IMG/VR virus record: IMGVR_UViG_3300009701_000005
Location: 15,126 to 79,125 of that record
Source of the DNA: a virus
Lineage: Duplodnaviria > Caudoviricetes
Strand: one strand, 5' to 3'
DNA length: 64,000 nt
Shown: piece after piece, positions 8,397-16,175 of the stretch
How the letters are laid out: each line of letters begins with the position of its first letter
Numbering within the stretch: the stretch's first letter is position 1
Program-made: the position numbers and the translations under genes
Notes under the pieces: model-generated
The model's input: the letters and a program-made list of their open reading frames with translations, nothing else
The model's database searches: none
Told to the model about the DNA's origin: nothing

Positions 8397-8875
8397 CTTT
8401 CGTACCTCATCCAAAAAACCCTTTTAATGAAGCAGAGAAAGGGGGTCAGAAAATTCGTTTGAAAAAAGATATCACTACCACCAAAGGAACTTTTCTAACC
8501 GGAAGCATATTGACGTATGTAAGACCCCTTACCATCCGCGGTAGAACCCTTGGGGACCGTGGCTTAGTTTTTAAAGATGATGAATCTGGGGAGGAAGTTC
8601 TTATACGTCGACACAATTTCCCAGAGGATGTGGAGCTTATCAAAATGCCTGAAAATAAGCCCAGAAGAGTTTTGTATTACAATCATAAACCTCTTACGCT
8701 AGATGGTAGCCCCGATGTTCCCCGAGGGCAATTCTTCGAGATGGTAGGAGTTTTGCATCTTGGAATAGGGGAACGCTTCACGCTAATCCCTTTAAGTGGG
8801 GATTTTGATATGAAGGTAACGAAGCAATTCCTCGAAGAAAATTTCACTCAAGTTCAAGATATTCTTGTTCAATAA
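8393..8875 (+). CDS. beta-barrel protein, paralog 3 (two modules)
   Basis: QKIRLKKDITTTKGTFLTGSIL; TTG start. Confidence 0.7.
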   Translation: MTFVPHPKNPFNEAEKGGQKIRLKKDITTTKGTFLTGSILTYVRPLTIRGRTLGDRGLVFKDDESGEEVLIRRHNFPEDVELIKMPENKPRRVLYYNHKPLTLDGSPDVPRGQFFEMVGVLHLGIGERFTLIPLSGDFDMKVTKQFLEENFTQVQDILVQ

Positions 8876-8979
8876 CTCTCCCTACTCTTGGTATAAGTAA
8901 GTTGTAGGGACTCTACAAGTGAACGCGAAAGCGGTCTATTTCAACCTTTGAGTTCCAAAACTTTTAGCCGGGAGATAGA

Positions 8980-9372
8980 ATGGAACAATTGTCAGGTCAA
9001 GAGATTTACAACACGGTGCTGTTTAAACTCCGTGAGCAAAAGGTACAGTCGTATTCCCATTGCCTTGAGGGCTACTCTTGTCTGTATAGGGGGCCAAATG
9101 GGGTTAAATGTGCCCTAGGCCACCTGATCAACGATGAGGAATACGTACCTGAAATGGAGGGCAAATCTGCCGATTGCTTAGCAAGAGAATCCTTTATGCC
9201 AAAAAGGTTATTACCTTATCTTGGGCTAATCGCCGGTCTTCAAACCGCTCATGATGATTGCATGCCTCGGTCAACCCAGGGCAGTATGGACTTATGGGAA
9301 CAAGGAATGAAGAATATTGCTGAACAGTTCCGCCTGGTCTACACCCCACCACAAACTAATAATAAGGAGTAA
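8980..9372 (+). CDS. hypothetical phage protein
   Basis: CLYRGPNGVKCALGHLI.D..Y..EMEG pattern. Confidence 0.75.
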   Translation: MEQLSGQEIYNTVLFKLREQKVQSYSHCLEGYSCLYRGPNGVKCALGHLINDEEYVPEMEGKSADCLARESFMPKRLLPYLGLIAGLQTAHDDCMPRSTQGSMDLWEQGMKNIAEQFRLVYTPPQTNNKE

Positions 9373-9374
9373 GT

Positions 9375-9662
9375 ATGTCAACAATTCAAACACTGAACGA
9401 TGCGGAACGTAATGCACCGAAGAAAAGCCCTTTCAAGAGTTCCGACTCTGCCAAGGCTCGTATGGCACGTATTGGTAAGACTAAAAAGGATCGTGCTCGC
9501 GGTGCAGCCCATAAGAATGAGCAAAATCGTCAAGCCCGCGCTGCTTGGCAAAATGATTCGAAATCGACTTTCCCCACATCGTCCTGTAACGGCAAGAAAA
9601 ACCGTTATCAGGTTACTGGTAAGGACGGTCAAACTGTTTACGTTAGAGAGAAGCGTAAATGA
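9375..9662 (+). CDS. hypothetical basic protein
   Basis: AAGGAG ribosome-binding site. Confidence 0.7.
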   Translation: MSTIQTLNDAERNAPKKSPFKSSDSAKARMARIGKTKKDRARGAAHKNEQNRQARAAWQNDSKSTFPTSSCNGKKNRYQVTGKDGQTVYVREKRK

Positions 9663-9961
9663 AGTACTTCAAAGCCCTGAATGCATTCATGGTAATAGCG
9701 GGGGCTATAGTTGTTTATGGGGCGAGTTATGATATTCTTCAACCCCAATCCTGCATAGCTAATCAGCAAGAAATAAGCGTTAAAACACAAAGAGTTATAC
9801 TCCGTTCCAGCAATGGTGATATAATGTCAGTTTGGACCTCCAGAGGCAATGTTATAAGAAAAGGGGATGAGTATGTTTTTCTGGATAATGAAAGTGGTAA
9901 ACGTGTTAACATTGACCTTAAAACTGGTGGAGGTGTTGTTCTGGTAATTGTAGATTTGTAA
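9659..9961 (+). CDS. hypothetical membrane-anchored protein
   Basis: N-terminal hydrophobic helix. Confidence 0.7.
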   Translation: MKYFKALNAFMVIAGAIVVYGASYDILQPQSCIANQQEISVKTQRVILRSSNGDIMSVWTSRGNVIRKGDEYVFLDNESGKRVNIDLKTGGGVVLVIVDL

Positions 9962-9975
9962 TAGTAATAAACATC

Positions 9976-10051
9976 GGCTCGTCAGCTCACTTTATGAGAG
10001 CAATCAACTCATAATTGATAGGGGAGGGAGAATAACCCTCACGAGTCACCA
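9976..10051 (+). tRNA. tRNA with CAT anticodon (Met or Ile2) and non-canonical D- and T-loops
   Basis: GGCTCGT/ACGAGTC-A-CCA; anticodon arm ATCAA-CTCATAA-TTGAT; D-loop lacks GG; T-loop is AGAATAA. Confidence 0.75.
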
Positions 10052-10081
10052 AATCCCCAATAAAATAAGAGGTTACACCTC

Positions 10082-10411
10082 ATGACAAGAAAATACCTGG
10101 CTGCAATCGTGGCACTATCATTGATCCTGGTATCGTGCTCACCAGCCCCTACCCCTCCGCCTCAACAGACTTACGTCGAACAGTCTCAACCAGTTCCGGC
10201 ACCTCAAACTGTTGTCGTAGCACCTCCTTCGCAAGTTCAAACAGTCGTGGTTCACGACCATGACAATTCTGGACTGGTTACGGGAATGTTGATTGGTAGC
10301 GCTTTGAGCACAGGCAGAACTACCGTTGTTCACCATACGGTAATAGTTCCTGCTAGACCTGTGTACGTAGCTCCTCGCAGGGTTTATGTAGTAACTCGGT
10401 TACGTAAGTAA
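10082..10411 (+). CDS. putative lipoprotein, Pro/Val-rich
   Basis: signal-like N-terminus ending LVSC; V/P-rich low-complexity body. Confidence 0.65.
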   Translation: MTRKYLAAIVALSLILVSCSPAPTPPPQQTYVEQSQPVPAPQTVVVAPPSQVQTVVVHDHDNSGLVTGMLIGSALSTGRTTVVHHTVIVPARPVYVAPRRVYVVTRLRK

Positions 10412-10479
10412 ATCTCCTGGTGGTAAATGTAACTGTGCCTTGAGTTCAAGGTGATCCTTTCGAAAGACTCCTAATAGAC

Positions 10480-10508
10480 TTGACACAATTTCATGTTTGT
10501 AGTAGAAT
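10480..10508 (+). promoter_or_regulatory. sigma70-type promoter
   Basis: TTGACA-17 nt-TAGAAT. Confidence 0.8.
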
Positions 10509-10586
10509 ATGAAATCTGCACTAAACAAAGTCCTTATCCAGAACTTTCTCCGTGGTTACAGCGGACTTCTTGGTAAGGCACTTTTT

Positions 10587-10671
10587 GGGACTGTGGCGAA
10601 ATTGGCAGCCGCATCAGGTTTAAGCCCTGACGCCGCAAGGCGTACCGGTTCGAATCCGGTCAGTCCTACCA
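10587..10671 (+). tRNA. tRNA-Leu(TAA)
   Basis: canonical type II cloverleaf; TCAGG-TTTAAGC-CCTGA; variable arm with GCAA loop; TTCGAAT; encoded CCA. Confidence 0.95.
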
Positions 10672-10706
10672 TTTATCCAACAATCATTCGATGTATCGAG
10701 GTTCAA

Positions 10707-10976
10707 ATGAAACTCATCACCAAGGCAATTCTTACCGGCGTAATTCTCAGTGCTGGTGCCGTAGTTGAAAAGCTATTAACTCCAGCAGCAGCATTAATAT
10801 CCAATAAGACGACAGTTTCACAGTTGGATAATAGTGATGCAGCCTACCTAGCAGTAACCTACCTTGGTAACGGGTCTGTTCTAGTAAACATCCTTGTTAC
10901 TGCCGTGGCTTCTTTCTTAATAGTCCGGGTTTGGACTCGTAAATCTAAAAAGGTTGACAAAAATGAAGATCAGTAA
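10707..10976 (+). CDS. membrane protein, SPFH operon partner
   Basis: GAGG ribosome-binding site, ATG at 10707, two hydrophobic segments. Confidence 0.75.
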   Translation: MKLITKAILTGVILSAGAVVEKLLTPAAALISNKTTVSQLDNSDAAYLAVTYLGNGSVLVNILVTAVASFLIVRVWTRKSKKVDKNEDQ

Positions 10977-11901
10977 AATTCGTTTCCTCATGGCCGCGGC
11001 AGTTCTTTTCACAACACTTTTGGCAGGATGTACTCAGCCAAAAGCCGTTGATGAAATCAAGATCATCGGCCCTTCTGACACAGCCTTTCTGGTTGCTTTG
11101 GATGGCGACACGCTGAAGAACCAAAACAGCATGAAGTCCGCTGAGTTCCTGGAATCGGCCAAGATCAGTGCAAAACGCGTTTTGATCCCTCACAAGATCA
11201 TCAACACTTGCCCTGACTGTAACGCATGGGATTACAGCCATTACCTGGACGTTCCAACTGCTCAATTGTTCACAGTTAGCCGTGCCCCAGTGGCAAGGTC
11301 TTGGACAAGTTCAGCAACGACAGGCACAAGTGTAAAGAACGAAGCTTTCTCGGTTGAATCCAATGAATCCATCGATTTTGATATCGGTGCAACAATTATC
11401 GCTCACGTAGCAGAAGCTGACACGGCAAAGTTCCTATACTTGCATTCGGGAAGTCAACTGGAAACAGTGATCGACGGTCAAGTGCGTAACTACGTTTCGT
11501 CAATCTTGTCCCGTGAAATGGGCTCCCATAACATTGACTGGGATCGTCAAAATAAGAATGCTGTGTTCACTACGGCTTTCAACGAAACCAAGACCTTCTT
11601 TGCAGCACAAGGCATTACAATTGACAGCCTTGGTTTTACTGAAGGCATGACTTACCATGACGCGGCAATTCAAAAAGCCATCAATGCTAAGTTTGCTGCT
11701 GACATGAACGTGCAAATTGCAGAAAAGACTCTGGAAGCGGCCAATCAATACGCCCAGGCCAAAGACGCAGTTAAGGTTCAGCAAGATATCGAGAATCGTA
11801 AGCGTGAACTCGATTTACAAGCAGCGGCTATTGCCCGTTGGGATGGAAAATTGCCGACTACCAATGCAACAAGTTCATTACCATTCTTGAACTTGAAGTA
11901 A
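10954..11901 (+). CDS. SPFH/Band-7 (prohibitin-like) lipoprotein
   Basis: lipobox LAGC; central VESNESIDF..GATI.A.V, GITIDSLG; C-terminal coiled coil ending RWDGKLP. Confidence 0.8.
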   Translation: MTKMKISKIRFLMAAAVLFTTLLAGCTQPKAVDEIKIIGPSDTAFLVALDGDTLKNQNSMKSAEFLESAKISAKRVLIPHKIINTCPDCNAWDYSHYLDVPTAQLFTVSRAPVARSWTSSATTGTSVKNEAFSVESNESIDFDIGATIIAHVAEADTAKFLYLHSGSQLETVIDGQVRNYVSSILSREMGSHNIDWDRQNKNAVFTTAFNETKTFFAAQGITIDSLGFTEGMTYHDAAIQKAINAKFAADMNVQIAEKTLEAANQYAQAKDAVKVQQDIENRKRELDLQAAAIARWDGKLPTTNATSSLPFLNLK

Positions 11902-11948
11902 ATGTAGTTCGTTCAGCTAATCAACTAACAACCAAAGCGAGGTCCTTT

Positions 11949-12155
11949 ATGCTTAGGAAAAGGCCCAGGTTTAAAAGTAGGTCTGGCACCGAGGGGCGCT
12001 CTAGATCAAGATCTGGAAAATTTTTTGGAAGAACCTATAACGGCAGCACGTCTAAAGATATCAGCATTTCTTCTTCGGGATGGAGCGTTGCCGGCTGGGG
12101 ACGTTTTGTAAGTCATAGCGGTGCCCCCAGTAACACTTATTCCTCATCGGGGTAA
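11949..12155 (+). CDS. basic SxSG-repeat micro-protein 1
   Basis: GAGG ribosome-binding site; 68 aa; KSRSG, RSRSG, SSSG, SHSG, SSSG. Confidence 0.75.
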   Translation: MLRKRPRFKSRSGTEGRSRSRSGKFFGRTYNGSTSKDISISSSGWSVAGWGRFVSHSGAPSNTYSSSG

Positions 12156-12160
12156 CGGAT

Positions 12161-12373
12161 ATGACCGTGTCTAGATATAGGCGAAACTACGTACGAAAAT
12201 CCAAATCTGGTATGTGGAATAGGACGTATTCCATCTCCAGTATTATATGGAAAACGGTTAGTGGGGGACCACGAGGGCACGGTACCTCAACTTCGAATTT
12301 CTTCACTTACACCACTTCAGGGCGATACTCTCGAGGGATGTCCTTTCTGAGATCTGGAGATAATGCACTATGA
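12161..12373 (+). CDS. basic SxSG-repeat micro-protein 2
   Basis: 70 aa; SKSG, TVSG, TTSG, LRSG. Confidence 0.7.
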   Translation: MTVSRYRRNYVRKSKSGMWNRTYSISSIIWKTVSGGPRGHGTSTSNFFTYTTSGRYSRGMSFLRSGDNAL

Positions 12374-12600
12374 TTCCTAAACACAGAAGAGATTACGCCA
12401 AGAGTCAATCTGGGGTCAGAACTTACAATATAGGCTATCAATATACCTTGGCAGGTTCTGGAATGCTCATGAGGATGAGGTCAGAATCTGGTGAAAAACT
12501 CCCCGGGCGCATAGCGTGTCGTTATGTGTCAAGATCCGGGAGCCGCAGTAAGCACCTCACTCTTTCAGGTACATTTGATCAATTTGTTTCCTGGAGGTAG
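12370..12600 (+). CDS. basic SxSG-repeat micro-protein 3
   Basis: GGAG ribosome-binding site; 76 aa; SQSG, AGSG, SESG, SRSG, TLSG. Confidence 0.75.
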   Translation: MIPKHRRDYAKSQSGVRTYNIGYQYTLAGSGMLMRMRSESGEKLPGRIACRYVSRSGSRSKHLTLSGTFDQFVSWR

Positions 12601-12605
12601 CGGAC

Positions 12606-12839
12606 ATGCTAAACAGATTTAGAAAAATGCATGGCCTAAATAGAACCTTGAGCGGGCAGAGATCGAAAAAGTATTCCAAATCTGGTGGACTTTCCAAATA
12701 CATTTCCAGTAGCGGAAAACCTACCTCCTTTAATTCCCTGTCAGGCCTCATCAATAAAGCAGTATCTAGGTCCGGCGAAATCAGGGATAGGTACTACTCT
12801 TATTGTGGAAGACTAGGCCACGTTAAACAAGTTCAATAA
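12606..12839 (+). CDS. basic SxSG-repeat micro-protein 4
   Basis: GGAGG ribosome-binding site; 77 aa; five SG units at exact 10-aa spacing. Confidence 0.8.
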   Translation: MLNRFRKMHGLNRTLSGQRSKKYSKSGGLSKYISSSGKPTSFNSLSGLINKAVSRSGEIRDRYYSYCGRLGHVKQVQ

Positions 12840-12848
12840 GGATTTTCC

Positions 12849-13077
12849 ATGTTGAATAAGATTCAAAGTACGCGTAGTAGAGGCCGATCTTGTATTCATC
12901 CTCAGCCCAGGGGAATTAGTAACAAATCATTATCTGGGCAAGGCAATGCAGCCGTATCCCGCAGAGGATTAATACCTACAAAAGGATATTCTTTTGGGTA
13001 TCTATCCCTCTCGGGGGGCTAATTATAGAGCGGCCTCAATGTCAGGCCCAAGAAGTTTTACAAATTCCCGTTTATAG
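12849..13077 (+). pseudogene. basic SxSG-repeat micro-protein 5, frameshifted in a G6 tract (13013-13018)
   Basis: 57-aa ORF ends at TAA 13020-13022; removing one G extends it with ANYRAASMSG... to 75 aa. Confidence 0.6.
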
Positions 13078-13141
13078 TATTTCTAGCAGTCCCAACCGGG
13101 CAAATGCCCTTCTCTAACCTAAATTAAATTGGAGCAATACC

Positions 13142-13453
13142 ATGTTGAAAGCACCTCCTCAAGCACAAGTCATTGATGTTCCTAACGAAGGCTACATCAA
13201 ATTTCTCAACAAGCAAGTCGAAATTCGTTGCAATGTCTACATTTACACCGGCATTCTGACGGGTGTAAATGAAAAGATTCTCGAGTTGGAAAACCCTGCA
13301 ATCGTATACGAAACTGGCCCTCACGGCGACTCCAAGTACAAGGATGTGCAAGGCATTCCAGGGCCAACGTTCATCAATATGGGCTTGATCGAATCGGCTA
13401 GTTTGTCGTTTAAGACCTACGAGCCATTCAAGGCCAAGCCCGTTGCTCTGTAA
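13142..13453 (+). CDS. Sm/LSm-like (Hfq-fold) protein
   Basis: FLNKQVEIRCNVYIYTGILTGVNEKILELENP resembles Sm1; TFINMGLIES resembles Sm2. Confidence 0.6.
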   Translation: MLKAPPQAQVIDVPNEGYIKFLNKQVEIRCNVYIYTGILTGVNEKILELENPAIVYETGPHGDSKYKDVQGIPGPTFINMGLIESASLSFKTYEPFKAKPVAL

Positions 13454-13456
13454 CAT

Positions 13457-13681
13457 ATGGCCATGTTAACCAAACGAGCTACGTTGCTAATGTGGAGGTC
13501 CTTTTCTGGAATTCACTCTAAGAAATTTAGTGAGACAGAGGGTAAGCTAGGTAGATGTGCGCACTCTACCTCTGGTCAAGGGGACATATATACCTCTCAT
13601 ACGCGTAAATCTGTTAGCGGCGGGACCCCCTCCACCTACCCAAGGGTTGGCGCAGCTTGGTCTAGTAGACGTAGAGGATAA
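13457..13681 (+). CDS. basic SxSG-repeat micro-protein 6
   Basis: 74 aa; SFSG, STSG, SVSG. Confidence 0.65.
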   Translation: MAMLTKRATLLMWRSFSGIHSKKFSETEGKLGRCAHSTSGQGDIYTSHTRKSVSGGTPSTYPRVGAAWSSRRRG

Positions 13682-13698
13682 TAAAGAAAGGTAGTAAA

Positions 13699-13917
13699 AT
13701 GGGTCAAGCAAATCAACGGGGGACGCCCGAACAACGTCGAAACTTGGCAATTGCCAAGAAGGCTGAGGCACCTGCTAGCATTCCTCCTGCCACAGTTCGT
13801 CACTTGAAGGCACAAGAAATTGCCAGTTGGAATTTGGCAGTGGATAAGAAGAAGCAGGCCAAGGCAAGTCTTCAAATCGGCAGTAATATTGCCAAGAAAA
13901 AACCAGCATTATCGTAG
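13699..13917 (+). CDS. small Lys/Ala-rich basic protein
   Basis: AAGG ribosome-binding site; 72 aa. Confidence 0.7.
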   Translation: MGQANQRGTPEQRRNLAIAKKAEAPASIPPATVRHLKAQEIASWNLAVDKKKQAKASLQIGSNIAKKKPALS

Positions 13918-13944
13918 TAACAACTAACCCATAATGGAGTAAGT

Positions 13945-14277
13945 ATGACGGACACAAGGAAGTTTTGGGCAATCTCTAATACAGCAATCGTTGCTGGCGT
14001 AAAAACCGAACTCAAAATTCAACGGAAGGGATTGAACTCGGCCGCGGGCGTTGACGAAACAAAGACGTCACCGGACCAATGGCCTTACCGAGTCATTAAA
14101 GGCCCTGACCATCCGAGTATCAAGCCTTTCTTTCGGGAAATTGTAATTCACTCTCTGTTCCGTGTGGGAAAGAAGGTGTTCAAGAAGCTGAACGTTTTTG
14201 AAGCTGTAGATACCAATCCAGAGGGCCTCCCGATACCACAACGTTTTGAAGCAGAAGATCAGTTTCAATTGGCGTAA
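13945..14277 (+). CDS. hypothetical protein
   Basis: GGAG ribosome-binding site; 110 aa. Confidence 0.7.
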   Translation: MTDTRKFWAISNTAIVAGVKTELKIQRKGLNSAAGVDETKTSPDQWPYRVIKGPDHPSIKPFFREIVIHSLFRVGKKVFKKLNVFEAVDTNPEGLPIPQRFEAEDQFQLA

Positions 14278-14288
14278 ATTGAAGTAAA

Positions 14289-14363
14289 GGGAACGTGATG
14301 GAATTGGTAGACATGCCGGGGTTGTACTCGGCCTTACAGGTTCGAAGCCTGTCGTTCCCTCCA
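14289..14363 (+). tRNA. pseudo-tRNA with a 6-nt anticodon loop
   Basis: GGGAACG/CGTTCCC-T-CCA; Leu/Ser-type D-arm; loop GTTGTA; short variable region; T-loop TTCGAAG. Confidence 0.7.
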
Positions 14364-14399
14364 GATTTCAATTTTTGTAATTGTAATTGGTATAAGAGT

Positions 14400-14940
14400 T
14401 TTGTAGAGTAGGTAGCTTATTGTTACCGATATCTACATGTAGAAAAGAGATCATCCCCTCTCTATTTCTACCCTTTGTGAAGTACAGGCAATTCACAAAT
14501 GTAAAGTCGGGTTACCGACTGCCAGATTTCTCAGTTCTTAAATGAACAAAGCTCAGGTGCATTCGGCATAGAGTTTAGAGAAGTCTACTGTTGATGACAT
14601 GGTAGTTCATCCTACAGTCCCTTTAAATCGCCGCGCACGACCCTTGGCAGATAACATCGCAGCAGTAGGGTCACCCTCTACGTTCTACAGTTCGTAGAGA
14701 TTTTCTTAAGTCCACACATAACCCTGACGAGGGAGTTGAGATGCTGCCTTTCACCTAGCTACTTAATTGAATAGAGCCACTGGGGGCTCTTAAATAGCAC
14801 CAGATTTATGATCGCAAGAGGATCTGTTCGGCACTTCGGTGGCAGATTAACAGTTGATGGAAATCGTTCCTCAGCTAATTTGGACTCAGGGGTTGATGCC
14901 AGAAATGGAATACACATCAACCCTTGTTTTATGTAGAGGA
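14400..14940 (+). ncRNA. candidate large structured ncRNA
   Basis: no ORF of 60 aa or more; follows a TGGTATAAG motif; at least seven stems including a UUCG tetraloop. Confidence 0.55.
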
Positions 14941-14946
14941 CTTAAC

Positions 14947-15025
14947 ACCACAGTATCTCAACGGGCTTCTACCCCGTAGCCGAGTAATTGGATCAATGGG
15001 AGTTCGAGTCTCTCCTGTGGTGCTA
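14947..15025 (+). ncRNA. D-armless tRNA-like RNA with TCT at the anticodon position
   Basis: ACCACAG/CTGTGGT acceptor; 7-nt linker replaces the D-arm; ACGGG-CTTCTAC-CCCGT; variable hairpin with GTAA loop; GGGAG-TTCGAGT-CTCTC. Confidence 0.65.
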
Positions 15026-15064
15026 AGTTTTTTATAATCCTTCTTCTAATATTCCGAGAGTAAA

Positions 15065-15832
15065 ATGGCTAAACTTCACGAACTCCTAGCAGCAGAAAAA
15101 ACAGTTCTGGCTCAATCCGCTAAACTGTTCACAGAAACGACGGCTAAACTTGGTAAGTCTCACTTTTGGGAAGGGTTCAACAAGACCCTGACTCTGGTGG
15201 CCGACAGCCCGACCAAGGCTGCAATTGAAGAAGCGGCAAAAGAAGTTAAACTCCTGCCTACAAATGTTGCAGATACTTTGGCGTATTTCGTCAACTTTTG
15301 GTCAAAATCAGAAGACCTGCTGTTTTCCAAAAATGTCAGCAATCAGTTTGCAAAAGCTGATATAATTGTTAACGGAATCGTTTTGGTCACGGATGTTCCC
15401 GTTGACGAGTTGATGGGTCTTGAGCATCGCCTGGAAGGTTTGCGTCAAATGTTGGCACAAATGCCGACTCTGGATGCAAGTAAGACTTGGAGCAAGGCCG
15501 AAGACCTGGGGCCTAATATTTGGCGCTCAGAGCCTGAAGTAACAATCAAGACTGACAAGACAGTGGACGCGGTAGTATTGTATCCAGCAACTGACAAATT
15601 CCCTGCCCAGGTGAAGGAATTCAGCAAGGATATTACCATCGGATCTTTTAAGTTGATCCGTACCTCTGGCGCGGTTACCTCGGTTGCTAAATCAGACATA
15701 TTGAGCAATGTTGACAACCTCATCATGGAAGTCAAAAAAGCGCGTACAAGAGCGAATGACATTGAAGCAAAATCCCGTCAAATCGGCAAGACTTTGATGG
15801 ATTTCATCCTTGCACCGTTGTCTGCGGAGTAA
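15065..15832 (+). CDS. helical hypothetical protein (MAKLHELLA... type)
   Basis: 255-aa ORF with a GAGAG ribosome-binding site, flanked by structured RNAs. Confidence 0.85.
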   Translation: MAKLHELLAAEKTVLAQSAKLFTETTAKLGKSHFWEGFNKTLTLVADSPTKAAIEEAAKEVKLLPTNVADTLAYFVNFWSKSEDLLFSKNVSNQFAKADIIVNGIVLVTDVPVDELMGLEHRLEGLRQMLAQMPTLDASKTWSKAEDLGPNIWRSEPEVTIKTDKTVDAVVLYPATDKFPAQVKEFSKDITIGSFKLIRTSGAVTSVAKSDILSNVDNLIMEVKKARTRANDIEAKSRQIGKTLMDFILAPLSAE

Positions 15833-15899
15833 AGAATTGGGTTAGTACAAGTTAGTGGTGCGTCATTGTAGTTGTAATCCCTGATTAACAATAACTAGT

Positions 15900-16075
15900 T
15901 GAATTTGCGCAAGCGTATTGGTTCGAATCCAGTCTTCCCGATTGAAAACACAAGATCTGAAAATATGTATACGGCCCTTGGGTCCGCCGTTTTAAATTCA
16001 GATTTGAGAGAAAAGGCCCTGCTCTTTCAGGTGCTTTCAATCGGGAAGTGCCGAAATTGGTAGACGGAAAATTCA
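15900..16075 (+). ncRNA. circularly permuted tRNA-Leu-like domain (3' half 15900-15941 precedes 5' half 16042-16075)
   Basis: CTTCCCG pairs with CGGGAAG; TGAATTT pairs with AAATTCA; Leu-type D-arm, variable arm and T-arm. Confidence 0.75.
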
Positions 16076-16175
16076 TATACTATTTTGAAGATCAGGCTTT
16101 ATTATCATCGTTATCGTATTGCCACTATTCGTTGATAATAAGGGTCCTGCATATCGTGTTCGGAGTATATTAAAA

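Noticed and set aside
10587-10671. Ochre suppressor tRNA explaining the in-frame TAA
   Set aside because: Anticodon TAA reads UUA (Leu). An ochre suppressor would need anticodon TTA.
11949-13681. SG arrays as DNA-level tandem repeats or recombination cassettes
   Set aside because: Synonymous codons differ between SG units and the flanking DNA is not repetitive, so the pattern is at the protein level.
14400-14940. tmRNA, RNase P RNA or hammerhead ribozyme
   Set aside because: There is no GGGGCTG 5' end or tag ending in Ala-Ala-stop, and no GAGGAAAGTCC. CTGACGA at about 14724 lacks a correctly placed GAAA partner.
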